Shown here: positions 9,683 to 20,247 of the stretch, piece by piece | How positions within the stretch are numbered: position 1 is the stretch's first letter | Layout: each line of letters opens with the position of its first letter | NCBI GenBank assembly: GCA_900553965.1 | Contig: USFX01000001.1 | Coordinates: forward strand, 1 to 36,913 | Direction of reading: 5' to 3' | Length of the DNA stretch: 36,913 nucleotides | From: an uncultured Prevotella sp. | GTDB taxonomy: Bacteria > Bacteroidota > Bacteroidia > Bacteroidales > Bacteroidaceae | The notes under the pieces: model-generated | What the model was told of the DNA's origin: nothing | The model's database searches: none | What the model saw: the letters and a program-made list of their open reading frames with translations, nothing else | Made by a program: the position numbers and the translations under genes

Positions 9683-9734
9683 TGGTCACAAACTGGTAAA
9701 TCTATCTATAAACAATAATAAAAATATTATTATC

Positions 9735-10757
9735 ATGGCTAAAGTGGTAACATTAGGTGAGATTATGCTCCGCCTTTCACCGAACGGCAACGACCGTTTC
9801 ATTCAGACAGATTCTTTCCGCATCATCCCCGGTGGTGGTGAGGCAAATGTGGCTATCAGCTGCGCCAACTACGGACACGACGCCTATTTCGTGAGCAAGC
9901 TGCCCGCACACGAGATTGGTCAGATTGCTGTCAACTCTCTGCGCCGCTATGGAGTCAATACCCAGTTCATCGCCCGTGGCGGTGAGCGTGTCGGTCTCTA
10001 CTATGCTGAGACCGGCGCTTCGATGCGTCCTTCAAAGGTCATCTACGACCGTGCCCACAGCGCCATCGCTGAGGCTGAGCCCGCTGATTTCGACTTCGAC
10101 GCAATCATGGAAGGTGCCGACTGGTTCCACTGGTCAGGCATCACTCCCGCCGTTTCTGACAAGGCTGCCGAACTGACCCGTCTGGCCTGCGAGGCTGCAA
10201 AGCGTCACGGCGTCACCGTTTCCGTTGACCTCAACTTCCGCAAGAAGCTCTGGACATCGGAGAAGGCTATCTCAATCATGCGCCCCTTGATGAAGTATGT
10301 CGACGTCTGCATCGGCAACGAGGAGGACGCAGAGCTCTGCCTCGGCTTCAAGCCCGACGCTGACGTTGAAGGCGGACAGACCGACGCTGCCGGATATGAG
10401 GGCATCTTCAAGCAGATGAAGGAAGAGTTCGGCTTCAAGTATGTCGTTTCCACGCTGCGTGAGAGCTTCTCCGCTACGTTCAACGGCTGGAAAGCCCTGA
10501 TTTATGACGGCAAGGAGTTCTATCAGAGCAAGCGCTACGAGATCAACCCCATCATCGACCGTGTCGGTGGCGGCGACTCTTTCTCCGGCGGTCTCATCCA
10601 CGGTCTGCTCACAAAGCCGACACAGGGCGAGGCTCTCGAATTTGCCGTAGCAGCATCTGCACTGAAGCACACCATCAACGGCGACTACAACCTCGTCAGC
10701 GTTGCTGAGGTTGAGGCTCTGGCCGGAGGTAACGCCAACGGCCGCGTACAGCGCTAA
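9735..10757 (+). CDS. kdgK: 2-keto-3-deoxygluconate kinase (PfkB family)
   Basis: MAKVVTLGEIMLRL, GGGEANVA, DLNFRKKLW and DRVGGGDSFSGG motifs. The true start is 9735; the upstream extension in the ORF track runs through the repeat and promoter. Confidence 0.93.
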   Translation: MAKVVTLGEIMLRLSPNGNDRFIQTDSFRIIPGGGEANVAISCANYGHDAYFVSKLPAHEIGQIAVNSLRRYGVNTQFIARGGERVGLYYAETGASMRPSKVIYDRAHSAIAEAEPADFDFDAIMEGADWFHWSGITPAVSDKAAELTRLACEAAKRHGVTVSVDLNFRKKLWTSEKAISIMRPLMKYVDVCIGNEEDAELCLGFKPDADVEGGQTDAAGYEGIFKQMKEEFGFKYVVSTLRESFSATFNGWKALIYDGKEFYQSKRYEINPIIDRVGGGDSFSGGLIHGLLTKPTQGEALEFAVAASALKHTINGDYNLVSVAEVEALAGGNANGRVQR

Positions 10758-10790
10758 TAAGGACATTATTAAATACATAGATAAAGACAA

Positions 10791-11459
10791 ATGGCAAAGT
10801 TTGATAAGATAGCCGTGCTGGCCAAAATCGGCCAGACAGGTATGGTGCCCGTGTTCTATCACAAGGATGCCGAGGTTGCCAAGAAGGTCGTAAAGGCCTG
10901 CTATGACGGAGGCGTGCGCGCTTTCGAGTTTACCAACCGTGGCGATTTCGCCCACGAGGTGTTTGAGGAAGTCGTTAAGTTCGCTGCCAAGGAGTGCCCC
11001 GAGCTCGCTCTCGGTGTCGGCTCGGTCGTTGACCCCGCTACGGCTGCCCTCTACATCCAGCTGGGTGCGTGCTTCGTTGTCGGCCCGCTGTTCAACCCCG
11101 AAATCTCCAAGATCTGCAACCGCCGTCTCGTGGCCTACACACCCGGATGCGGAAGCGTTTCAGAGGTGGGCGCAGCTCAGGAGACAGGATGCGACCTGTG
11201 CAAGATTTTCCCTGGCGACGTGCTCGGTCCGAACCTCGTCAAAGGTCTCATGGCTCCCATGCCCTGGTCGAAGCTGATGGTTACGGGTGGCGTTTCTCCC
11301 GACGAGGCCAACCTCACGTCATGGATCAAGGCCGGCGTCTTCTGCGTGGGTATGGGCTCGAAGCTCTTCCCCAAGGACGTCATAGCAGCCGAGAACTGGC
11401 AGGCTATCACCGACAAGTGTGTTGAGGCACTGGGCTACATTGCTAAAGCACGCGGCTAA
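10791..11459 (+). CDS. eda: KDPG/KHG aldolase
   Basis: FEFTNRG, GVGSVVD, KIFPG and MVTGGV motifs; adjacent to kdgK. Confidence 0.93.
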   Translation: MAKFDKIAVLAKIGQTGMVPVFYHKDAEVAKKVVKACYDGGVRAFEFTNRGDFAHEVFEEVVKFAAKECPELALGVGSVVDPATAALYIQLGACFVVGPLFNPEISKICNRRLVAYTPGCGSVSEVGAAQETGCDLCKIFPGDVLGPNLVKGLMAPMPWSKLMVTGGVSPDEANLTSWIKAGVFCVGMGSKLFPKDVIAAENWQAITDKCVEALGYIAKARG

Positions 11460-11481
11460 AAGCATAACAACCGAAGGTTCC

Positions 11482-14400
11482 ATGGGCATCATCGCATGCC
11501 TGTGGAGCCTTTTGTTCTTTTCAGCATGTTCACCGACGGATAGGCAGCGGGTGGACGAGCTGAATTCTCTTTCGTACGCCTATCACTACCGCAATCTTGA
11601 TTCGACCGAGGCCTGTGCCTCACGCGCATACGACATGTCGGCCCGCTACGGTAGCGGCCGTGCCGAGGCGCTCAACAATCTCGCTTTCGTCAGCATCGCC
11701 CGCATGGACTACGATGGTGCGCGCCGCCGTCTCGACGAGGCTTCTGCCGCTACCGACAATCAGGTGGAGCTGCTCGTGAGCGACGTCCTTCAGATGCGCC
11801 TCTGCCAGCGTATGTCCCGAAACCGCGACTTCTACGACTACTGCGAGCGCGCCAAGTCGCGCCTCAGCCGCATCGCCGAGGAGCGTGACGGGCTGTCCGA
11901 CAGGATGGAACGCCGCATGATATACGCCGAGACGGAGTTTGCCATCGTCAACTCCGCATACTATTATTACGTCGGACTGGAGGAGAAGTCGGCCGAGGCC
12001 CTTGCGGCCATCGATCCCGACGGACCGATCCGGCGCGACACAGCCCAATATCTCAACTACCTCTACAACATCGGAAGCGGCGGAATCCTGACCGGTGCGG
12101 CGCCGGCGGAGGTCTGCCGGCGTGAGTTCGGCGCGCTTCTCGAATGTTTCTTCATGGCCTCCCGTCACGGCTACGGCTTCTTCGAGGCCAACAGTCTCGG
12201 GGCTATGGCGGGCCAGCTCATCGTACCCGAGAACGCAGGGATGCTCCTTGACGAGAACGCCCGCACCCTCGCCCTGTTCCTTCCGGACAGTGTCGCGGCC
12301 GGTGCTGCGGCCGGATGGATGGCCGACCGCTCGCTCGAAATGTTCGAAGACTATGGCGACGTCTATCAGACGGCGGGTGCCCGGCGCACCCTTGCCTCGT
12401 GTTTCATGGCCTCGGGAGACTACGCCCGTGCCTTGACGAGCCTCGAAGAAGCCCTTGCCGACACGGCCGTCGCTCAGGCTCCGGACCTCGTCGCCAGCAT
12501 ACGCGAGCAGCTCAGCGTGGTCTTTTCGGCCCTTGACGACAAGCCGGCGAGCGATTACAACCGCAATATCTATATCGACCTGCAGGAACAGACGCGTCAG
12601 GACCGTTATCTGGAGTCGCGCGCCGGAATGCTTGACCGGGCCTCGTCCCAGCTCAACGTCATGATAGTGGCCGTGCTCGTGGCCATCCTCGTGCTTGTCG
12701 CCGTGCTCTTCCTCTTCCGCTATCTCAACCGCCGGCAGCGCTCTGACGGTGCCATGGACGAGCTGCTCCGGCCGCTGCGGGAATGGCAGGAGGCTGACCG
12801 ACGCCATTCGGAAGCCGTCGCCGACCGCATGGAAGAAATCAACGAGGCCTATGCCCTCAGCATGACTCGCATACGTCAGGGCGAGCGTCGCAGCATGGAG
12901 AACCGGGCGAAGGTGTCGCTGGCCTGCAGCGTGGTTCCGCTGATAGACCGTATAATCAACGAGGTCACGATACTTTCGTCGCGCGACGAGGCTGCCGGCG
13001 TGCGTTCGGAGCGCTACGCCTATATCTCTGAGCTGGCCTCAAAGATAAACGAACTGAACGACATCCTCACCCATTGGATTCAGATGCGACAGGGACGCAT
13101 CGACCTTCACATCGAGAGTTTTGCCCTCCAGCCGCTCTTCGACATCGTCGCCAAGGGCAAGGCGGGCTTCCGCCTGAACGGTGTGGAGCTGGACGTGCAG
13201 CCCACCGGGGCCACGGTCAAGGCCGACCGCGTCCTCACGCTCTTCATGATAAATACCCTTGCCGACAACGCACGCAAGTTCACGCCCTCCGGAGGCCGCG
13301 TCACCGTGAGCGCCCGACAGACGGACGACTATGTGGAAGTGGTCGTCGAGGACACCGGTTGCGGCCTCACCGAAGACGAGCTGGCCCGTATTTTCGAGCA
13401 TAAGATATATGACGGTCATGGCTTCGGGCTTATGAACTGCCGCGGAATCATCGACCGCTACCGCAAGATGAGCCGCATCTTCTCCGTCTGCCAGCTGTCG
13501 GCCGAGAGCTGCAAGGGTGCCGGAAGCCGCTTCTTCTTCCGTCTTCCGCGTGCGGTCATGCGCTCGCTGGTCTTCCTTATGGTCGCCGCCGGCGCCGCAA
13601 TGGTTTCCGCTGCAGCGCCGGAAGCTGCCGTTTCTCCATTGTCAGAACCTTCTGTAACCGTATCAAGAGCCCATACCACTGCGCCGGAAGGCAATCTCCC
13701 GCGGGCCAAGGCCTATGCCGACAGCGCCTATTTCTCCAATATCGCGGGTACATACGGGCGCACCCTCGCCTTCGCCGACTCCTGCCGGATGTATCTCAAC
13801 CGCCATTATCTCACCCTGCGCCCCGGCGGCCGTCTGCTGATGACGGCCGGAGGAGACGCCGCGTCGGTGCCGCCGGAAATCCAATGGTTCCGCGACAGTC
13901 TGCCGACACACTATAACATCATCCTCGACATGCGCAACGAGAGTGCCGTGGCGGCGCTTGCGCTCCATCGCTGGCAGCTCTATACATATAATAATAAGGT
14001 GTACACGCAGCTCTTCAAGGAGCTTTCCGCCGACAACACCCTGGCTGAATATTGCCGTGTGATGCAGCAGTCGCAGACCGACAAGACCATTGCCGTCATT
14101 CTTCTCGTGCTCCTTCTTGTCATCATTCCGCCCGCATACTATCTTCTCTACTACCGCCACCGGCTCTATTTCCGTTTCTGTGTCGAGCGCATACGCATGC
14201 TCAACGACATCCTTCTCAGCGACGACACGCCGTCGGAGAAGCTCCGCCGCATCGAACCGCTCACGCATGAACAATATCCCGCCGGCCTTCAGGCGGTCGT
14301 CGACAGCATTCTTGGCGCGCTCCGCGATGCCGTCTCGGCCCACCGTCGCCAGTCCGCCGGCATCGAACTTGCCGCCGACGAGTGTCGCAGGGCGGAGTAT

Positions 14401-15040
14401 GAAGAGGGCATCCTCCACATAACCAATTCCGTTTTGGACAACTGTCTGTCGACGCTGAAGCACGAGACGATGTATTATCCCAGCCGTATCGCACGGCTGG
14501 CCGACTCTGCCGACACCGACCTGAAGTCGATGGAAGAGCTCGCCGCCTACTATCGCGCCATCCATTCCATACTCACCGAGCAGGCCATGCGGCAGACCGA
14601 GCGCGTCCGTCTTCACGTAACGGCGGTCCCGGTTGTCGAGCTTACAGGTGGTGAGGATACTGGACTGTGTGTCCTCGGCGACCGCAATCTGCTGGAATAT
14701 CTCTTTGAAATCCTGCGGCGCACGGCCGGACGGCATCACCGTCGAGCCGCAGTCGGACCGCTATCTGACGTTCACCGTGCCCATGCCGCGGCAGGACGGC
14801 ATCCGGTCGGAAACCCAAGACCCCTTCGTTCCGTCCGTCGACACGATTCCTTATCTGCTCTGCCGCCAGATTGTGCGCGACCATTCCGACGCCACCCACC
14901 GCTACGGATGCGGCATACGGGCCGACGGTTGGGACGCGCGTGACGACAGCAGCGGCGCGCTTGCCGACAGCTACAGCATAAAGATAACGCTACCCCGTGC
15001 CGCCGCACGCCATATCCCGCAGTCGGATGCGGTCGGGTAG
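11482..15040 (+). pseudogene. Large two-module sensor histidine kinase (DUF5112/DUF5113-type), frameshifted near 14725
   Basis: Signal ending FFSAC, TPR-like sensor region, TM, intact HATPase (NTLADNARKFT, DTGCG, GHGFGL), a second sensor and TM, and an LKHETMYYP H-box. The plausible C-terminus (IPYLLCRQIVRDH..GCGI) is in another frame ending at 15040. Confidence 0.75.
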
Positions 15041-15063
15041 GGACGAAATAAAACATAAAAGCA

Positions 15064-15789
15064 ATGGAAAAGTTTAAGATTATAATCGTAGAAGACGTGC
15101 CTTTAGAGCTGAAAGGCACTGAAGGTATCATACGCAGTGACATTCCCGAGGCCGAGATTATCGGCACGGCAGACTGCGAGGCTGCCTATTGGCGGCTGAT
15201 GAAGCAACAGCAGCCCGACCTCGTTCTGTTGGACCTCGGGCTCGGCGGCTCGACAACCATCGGCGTGGAGATCTGCCGTCAGACCAAGGAGGCCCACCCG
15301 TCGGTGAAGGTTCTCATCTTCACGGGCGAGACATTGAACGAGAAACTGTGGGTCGACGTGCTCGACGCGGGTGCCGACGGTATCATCCTCAAGAGCGGCG
15401 AGCTGCTCACCCGGGGCGATGTCAGGAGCGTGATGGAGGGAAAGCGCATGGTCTTCAACCAGCCGATACTCCAGAAAATCGTCGACCGCTTCCGCCAGGC
15501 AGTGGGCAGCCGCGTCGCCAGTCAGGAGGCTTTCGTCAACTACGAGATTGACGACTACGACGAACGCTTCCTCCGTCACCTTGCCCTTGGCTACACAAAG
15601 GAGCAGATTACCAACCTGCGCGGCATGCCGTTCGGCGTCAAGAGCCTTGAAAAACGGCAGAACGAACTCGTCCAGAAGCTCTTTCCCGACGGCAACGGAG
15701 GCATGGGCGTCAACGCCACGAGGCTTGTCGTGAGGGCCTTGGAGCTGCGTATTCTCGACATAGACAATCTCCGTCCCGATGAAGAATGA
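15064..15789 (+). CDS. Response regulator (REC plus LuxR-like HTH; DUF5932-type)
   Basis: IIIVEDVP, DLVLLDLG phosphoacceptor, IFTG and ILKS; C-terminal FLRHLALGYTKEQI HTH-like segment. Confidence 0.9.
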   Translation: MEKFKIIIVEDVPLELKGTEGIIRSDIPEAEIIGTADCEAAYWRLMKQQQPDLVLLDLGLGGSTTIGVEICRQTKEAHPSVKVLIFTGETLNEKLWVDVLDAGADGIILKSGELLTRGDVRSVMEGKRMVFNQPILQKIVDRFRQAVGSRVASQEAFVNYEIDDYDERFLRHLALGYTKEQITNLRGMPFGVKSLEKRQNELVQKLFPDGNGGMGVNATRLVVRALELRILDIDNLRPDEE

Positions 15790-15822
15790 ACCATCTGATG
15801 ATACGATCAAACACAGATAACG

Positions 15823-16422
15823 ATGAAAAGTAAGCCGTTTGCCGTCTTGGCCCTGTCGCTTGCCGTCCTCCAGCTGTGCCTCCTTCCGGCCTCGTGGATG
15901 CTCAGTGTGCTGTTGCCCGAGAGCGGAGTGCGCAGCCTGTTGGGCAGCGAGGGCGTGCGCTGGATGCTCGGGCGTTTCACCGACATGCTCGCCGGACGTC
16001 CTCTGTCCTGCCTTCTGCTTCTCTCGGTGGCCTGGGGCTGCGTCCGTTCGAGCGGCATCTTGCGGATTTTCCGCCGCCATGCGATGCTCCAATACCGTGA
16101 GCGCATAGCCCTCGGCTTTGTCGTCTGTCTGTCCGTCGGCTATGCCGGCGTTCTGGCGTGGCTCACCCTTATGCCCCACGCCGTGCTGCTGAGCGTCACC
16201 GGCGCCCTGTTCCCGTCGCCGTTCAGCGCCTCACTCATTCCCGTCATTTCGTTCGGAGCGTGTCTCGTCGCAGTGGTCTACGGCATCGTTTCAGGCCGTT
16301 TCCGTACCGTCACGGACGTCTACCGCTCACTATTTTGCGGTATAGCCATGACCTCACCGCTATTCTTTCTCTACATCCTGCTAATCCAATTATATTATTC
16401 GGTCATGTTTATGATTGGATAA
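15823..16422 (+). CDS. Short AbgT-like membrane protein
   Basis: Hydrophobic protein; VRSLLGSEGVRWML resembles the N-terminal part of AbgT transporters. Confidence 0.65.
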   Translation: MKSKPFAVLALSLAVLQLCLLPASWMLSVLLPESGVRSLLGSEGVRWMLGRFTDMLAGRPLSCLLLLSVAWGCVRSSGILRIFRRHAMLQYRERIALGFVVCLSVGYAGVLAWLTLMPHAVLLSVTGALFPSPFSASLIPVISFGACLVAVVYGIVSGRFRTVTDVYRSLFCGIAMTSPLFFLYILLIQLYYSVMFMIG

Positions 16423-16462
16423 AACCCCATTATTGGGTATTGCGCACCTCGTCCTTTACCGC

Positions 16463-16470
16463 TACCTTTG
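16463..16470 (+). promoter_or_regulatory. -7 promoter element for flavodoxin
   Basis: TACCTTTG about 40 nt upstream of ATG 16513. Confidence 0.65.
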
Positions 16471-16512
16471 CACCTGTCAATCAGACAAAGAACATTAAAG
16501 ATAAGATAAAGG

Positions 16513-17007
16513 ATGAATAAGACTATTGTAATCTACGGTTCGACTACCGGCACTTGTCAGGCCATAGCCGAGGACATTGCCGGCAGACTTGGTGTTGAGG
16601 CTGTCGACGTGCAGTCTCTTGACGCAGGAGTGGTCAGCGGACATGACACCCTTGTGCTCGGCACATCCACTTGGGGTGCGGGCGATTTGCAGGACGATTG
16701 GTACGACGGACTCAGTCTCATGCAGTCATGCGACCTTTCCGGCAAGACCATTGCCCTCTTCGGTTGCGGTGACTGCGAGTCGTATGGCGACACGTTTGTC
16801 AGCGCTATCGGAAAACTCTATGACGGCCTGAAGGACAGCGGGGCCCGCTTTGTAGGCTCCGTGGCCACTGACGGCTATTCTTTCAGCGACAGTGAGGCCG
16901 TTGTGGACGGTCGTTTTGTCGGCCTTCCGCTCGACGATGTCAATGAATCCGACCTCACGGGCGACCGCATCGGCGCTTGGGTGGAGGAGCTCAAAGGCAG
17001 CCTTTAG
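16513..17007 (+). CDS. fldA: Long-chain flavodoxin
   Basis: IYGSTTGTC, LGTSTWGAGDLQDDW, ALFGCGD..YGDTF and FVGLPLD motifs. Confidence 0.95.
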   Translation: MNKTIVIYGSTTGTCQAIAEDIAGRLGVEAVDVQSLDAGVVSGHDTLVLGTSTWGAGDLQDDWYDGLSLMQSCDLSGKTIALFGCGDCESYGDTFVSAIGKLYDGLKDSGARFVGSVATDGYSFSDSEAVVDGRFVGLPLDDVNESDLTGDRIGAWVEELKGSL

Positions 17008-17053
17008 TTTGCTGAAAGATAATAATTCATAAAGTATTTGTTTAGTTTTTATG

Positions 17054-17083
17054 TGAAAGGCCGGCTGTGAAGTCGGCCTTTCA
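17054..17083 (+). terminator. Intrinsic terminator after flavodoxin
   Basis: tgaaaggccg ... cggcctttca stem followed by T-rich sequence. Confidence 0.75.
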
Positions 17084-17266
17084 TTATGTTATTGGCGCAT
17101 GTTCTGTTTTTTAGAAAACGTTGTTGTATTGCAATTTGATAACTAAAATGTTTGTTTTGGTTACATATTGGTTGTTTGCATTATAGCAAAACCGTTACAT
17201 TGATACATCAGGGCGGGCCTTAAATAAAAACATTGGGGCATTTGTTCGGCAATGCAAAATATCACG

Positions 17267-17274
17267 TAACTTTG
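17267..17274 (+). promoter_or_regulatory. -7 promoter element of the porin-PII-amt operon
   Basis: TAACTTTG, with TTTG at 17241-17244. Confidence 0.65.
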
Positions 17275-17368
17275 CATTGTGATTACAAAGTGATTGCGAA
17301 TCGTACGACACAATGACACTCTGGAGTAATAATGATATTGAAATATAACACAAACACAAGTAGGTATT

Positions 17369-18094
17369 ATGAACGGATTAGTAAAAAGAGCAGCCTTTAT
17401 GGCTGCGGTTGCCATCCCGATGGCAGCCGGTGCACAGGACAACAAGTTTGATGCTTCAGTAGGGGCGGATGTTGTGAGCGGTTATGTCTGGCGTGGCCAG
17501 AATCTCGGCAGCGCGGCCATACAGCCCTCAGTGTCCGTTTCCTATGAAGGCATCACATTGGGAGCATGGGGTTCCTATGGCATTGCCGACGCCAACGACA
17601 CAAAAGAACTCGACTTGACGCTGTCCTACACGACAGGCGGCCTGATGCTGGGCGTGACGGACTATTGGTTTTCGGGAGCCGAGCGGCGCGACCGCTATTT
17701 CCTTTACGACTCTCACGAGACGGCCCACGTCTTTGAAGCCAACGTCGGCTATGATTTCGGCGTATTCTCCCTGAACTGGTTCACCAATTTTGCCGGCAGC
17801 GACTACCGCCCCGACGGCCATCGCGCCTATTCCTCCTATCTTGAGATAGCTGCTCCGTTCCGGCTCGGCGGACTGTCGTGGACAGCGGCGGCGGGCTGCG
17901 TTCCGTTCAAGTCGGCAGCAACATATACGGACAGCGCCGGTGAGCCGGTCGGCGGATTTGCCGTCACCAACGTTACCGTCGGAGTGAAGAAAGACGTGAA
18001 AGTGACCGAAGCGTTCTCTCTGCCGCTGTTCGCTTCCGTGATGGCCAATCCCTGCAGCGGAAAGATGTATATGACGTTCGGCCTGTCACTCTGA
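17369..18094 (+). CDS. Putative outer-membrane porin (TorF-like) in nitrogen operon
   Basis: Signal peptide ending AGA-Q; ADVVSGYVWRGQ, AIQPS and ELDLTLSY motifs; amphipathic C-terminal strand; directly upstream of PII and Amt. Confidence 0.75.
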   Translation: MNGLVKRAAFMAAVAIPMAAGAQDNKFDASVGADVVSGYVWRGQNLGSAAIQPSVSVSYEGITLGAWGSYGIADANDTKELDLTLSYTTGGLMLGVTDYWFSGAERRDRYFLYDSHETAHVFEANVGYDFGVFSLNWFTNFAGSDYRPDGHRAYSSYLEIAAPFRLGGLSWTAAAGCVPFKSAATYTDSAGEPVGGFAVTNVTVGVKKDVKVTEAFSLPLFASVMANPCSGKMYMTFGLSL

Positions 18095-18166
18095 TCGGAC
18101 ATTTATCGCCCGGCGGTCTGATAATCCGTCCGGAGTATAGAGAACAACAACAAACACAAATGAGAT

Positions 18167-18523
18167 ATGAAAAAGATTGAGGCGATTATTCGCAAGACAA
18201 AGTTCGAGGAAGTGAAGGACGCGCTGCTCGACATCGACATCGAGTGGTTCTCCTATTATGACGTGCGCGGCGTCGGGAAAATGCGCCAGGCGCGCATCTA
18301 CCGCGGAGTGAAGTATGACACGAGCTGCATCGAGCGTGTGCTGATCAGCGTCGTAGTGAGAAATCTGAACGTCGAAAAGACCGTTGAGGCCATCGTCGCA
18401 GCCGCCCGTACGGGAGAGATAGGTGACGGCCGCATCTTCGTCATTCCCGTTGAGGACGCCGTGCGCATCCGTACCGGAGAGCGCGGGGACATCTCACTTT
18501 ATAACGCGGAACAGGAGAAATAA
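18167..18523 (+). CDS. glnK: P-II nitrogen regulatory protein (GlnK-type, linked to amt)
   Basis: MKKIEAIIR, T-loop YRGVKY and ARTGEIGDGRIFVIPVEDAVRIRTGERG. Confidence 0.92.
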   Translation: MKKIEAIIRKTKFEEVKDALLDIDIEWFSYYDVRGVGKMRQARIYRGVKYDTSCIERVLISVVVRNLNVEKTVEAIVAAARTGEIGDGRIFVIPVEDAVRIRTGERGDISLYNAEQEK

Positions 18524-18550
18524 TCAAAGACAACACAAACACAGATCAAT

Positions 18551-19909
18551 ATGAAACATACCGTTATATATAAGGTGGCGCTGGCGGCCCTTGCGCTGGC
18601 CACGCCTATGGCATCATTTGCTGCCGACACCACAGTCGAAACGCTTGCCCGTGAGACCGAAATCTCCATCAACACCGTGTGGATGCTGCTCGCGGCCATG
18701 CTCGTCTTCTTCATGCAGCCCGGCTTCGCGCTCTGCGAGGCAGGTTTCTCCCGCACGAAGAACACGGCCAACATCCTGTTCAAGAACTTCGTCGACTTCA
18801 CCCTCGGCTCCGTCTGCTTCTGGCTGATAGGCTTCGGAGTGATGTGGGGAGCCGGAGGTGCGGGCTTCATGGGCATGCCGGAGTGGGGCAGTCTCGACTT
18901 CCTGACAGCTCCGGCCGGTCTCCCGATAGAGGGATTCCTGATGTTCCAGACCGTCTTCTGCGCCACGGCGGCCACCATCGTGTCCGGTGCAATGGCCGAG
19001 AGGACGAAGTTCTCGATGTATATCATCTATTCGCTGCTCATCTCCCTGATCGTCTATCCCATCGAAGGCCACTGGACATGGGGCGGCGGCTGGCTCATGA
19101 ACGGCGAGGAAGGCAGTTTCATGATGGACGTCTTCGGATGTACGTTCCATGATTTCGCCGGCTCGACCGTCGTTCACTCCTGCGGCGGATGGCTCGCTCT
19201 GATTGGTGCTATGGTGCTCGGTCCGCGTCTCGGAAAGTACGGACGTGACGGCAAGAGCCGCGCCATTCCCGGCCATAGCCTCACTTTCGCCGCCCTCGGC
19301 GTGTTCATCCTGTGGTTCGGATGGTTCGGATTCAACCCCGGTTCACAGCTTGCCGCCTTCGGCGAAGACAACCGCGTGGCAATCTCCCACACCTTCGCGA
19401 CGACCAATATGGCCGCATGTACCGGCGGTCTGGCCACGCTCTTTTTCTCTTGGTTGCGCTACGGAAAGCCCTCGTTGTCGCTCACGCTCAACGGAATCCT
19501 TGCCGGACTGGTCGGCATAACGGCCGGATGTGACCTTGTCAGCATCGGCGGAGCCGCCTGTATCGGACTGATCTGCGGTCTTCTGATGCCCCTGTCAGTC
19601 GAGTTCATCGACCACGTGCTTCACATCGACGACCCCGTCGGCGCATCCTCCGTACATGGTGTCTGCGGATTTACGGGAACAATCTGTACCGGACTCTTTG
19701 CCACAGATAGCGGACTGTTCTACGGTCACGGCTTCAATTTCTTTGCAGCCCAGCTCTTCGGCGCCGTCGTTGTCGGTGTGTGGGCCCTCGTCTGCGGCTT
19801 CGTAATCTTCAAGGGTATCGATCTTATCCACGGTCTGCGCGTATCGCCGCGCATCGAGGAGGAGGGACTTGACATCTATGAGCACGGCGAGACGGCATAT
19901 AACTCCTGA
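18551..19909 (+). CDS. amtB: Ammonium transporter
   Basis: FMQPGFALCEAG, IVSGAMAER, DFAGSTVVH, LWFGWFGFNPGS, IDDPVGASSVHG and EEEGLD motifs. Confidence 0.96.
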   Translation: MKHTVIYKVALAALALATPMASFAADTTVETLARETEISINTVWMLLAAMLVFFMQPGFALCEAGFSRTKNTANILFKNFVDFTLGSVCFWLIGFGVMWGAGGAGFMGMPEWGSLDFLTAPAGLPIEGFLMFQTVFCATAATIVSGAMAERTKFSMYIIYSLLISLIVYPIEGHWTWGGGWLMNGEEGSFMMDVFGCTFHDFAGSTVVHSCGGWLALIGAMVLGPRLGKYGRDGKSRAIPGHSLTFAALGVFILWFGWFGFNPGSQLAAFGEDNRVAISHTFATTNMAACTGGLATLFFSWLRYGKPSLSLTLNGILAGLVGITAGCDLVSIGGAACIGLICGLLMPLSVEFIDHVLHIDDPVGASSVHGVCGFTGTICTGLFATDSGLFYGHGFNFFAAQLFGAVVVGVWALVCGFVIFKGIDLIHGLRVSPRIEEEGLDIYEHGETAYNS

Positions 19910-19968
19910 TCCGGTTCCGATACCTGTCATCAGAATAAGACTTTGTCAGACATAGATTTCTCTTTTTT

Positions 19969-20008
19969 AGCGGCGGCAGCGGAAACATCTTCCGGTGCCG
20001 CCGCTTTC
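19969..20008 (+). terminator. Intrinsic terminator after amtB
   Basis: agcggcggca..ggaa / ttcc..tgccgccgct stem followed by ttt. Confidence 0.75.
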
Positions 20009-20054
20009 ATGCTGTGATGGATTTAGGAAGATACTTTCAAGCTGCAGTGAAAAA

Positions 20055-20203
20055 CTCAACGCAAAGACACAAAGGCGCAAAGGGCTTTTCTCTAAAGCCC
20101 TCCTGCGCCTTTGCGGCCTCTGCGTTTAATATATGACAAAACCTTCTGTGTCTCCGAGTCTCTGAGTGTTCCGAAAAAATAATCTTTGCGCCTCTGCGTT
20201 GAG
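20055..20203. repeat. Second copy of the REP/MITE-like 8-nt periodic inverted repeat
   Basis: Starts ctcaacgcaaagac..aggcgcaaag like 36-63 and ends aatctttgcgcctctgcgttgag like 142-170. Confidence 0.85.
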
Positions 20204-20247
20204 CTTCATTCAACTCCCACGTCAGCGTCAGACAAGAACATACGGCC

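Noticed and set aside
9474..9734. N-terminal extension of kdgK
   Set aside because: It runs through the repeat element and promoter; PfkB similarity starts at ATG 9735.
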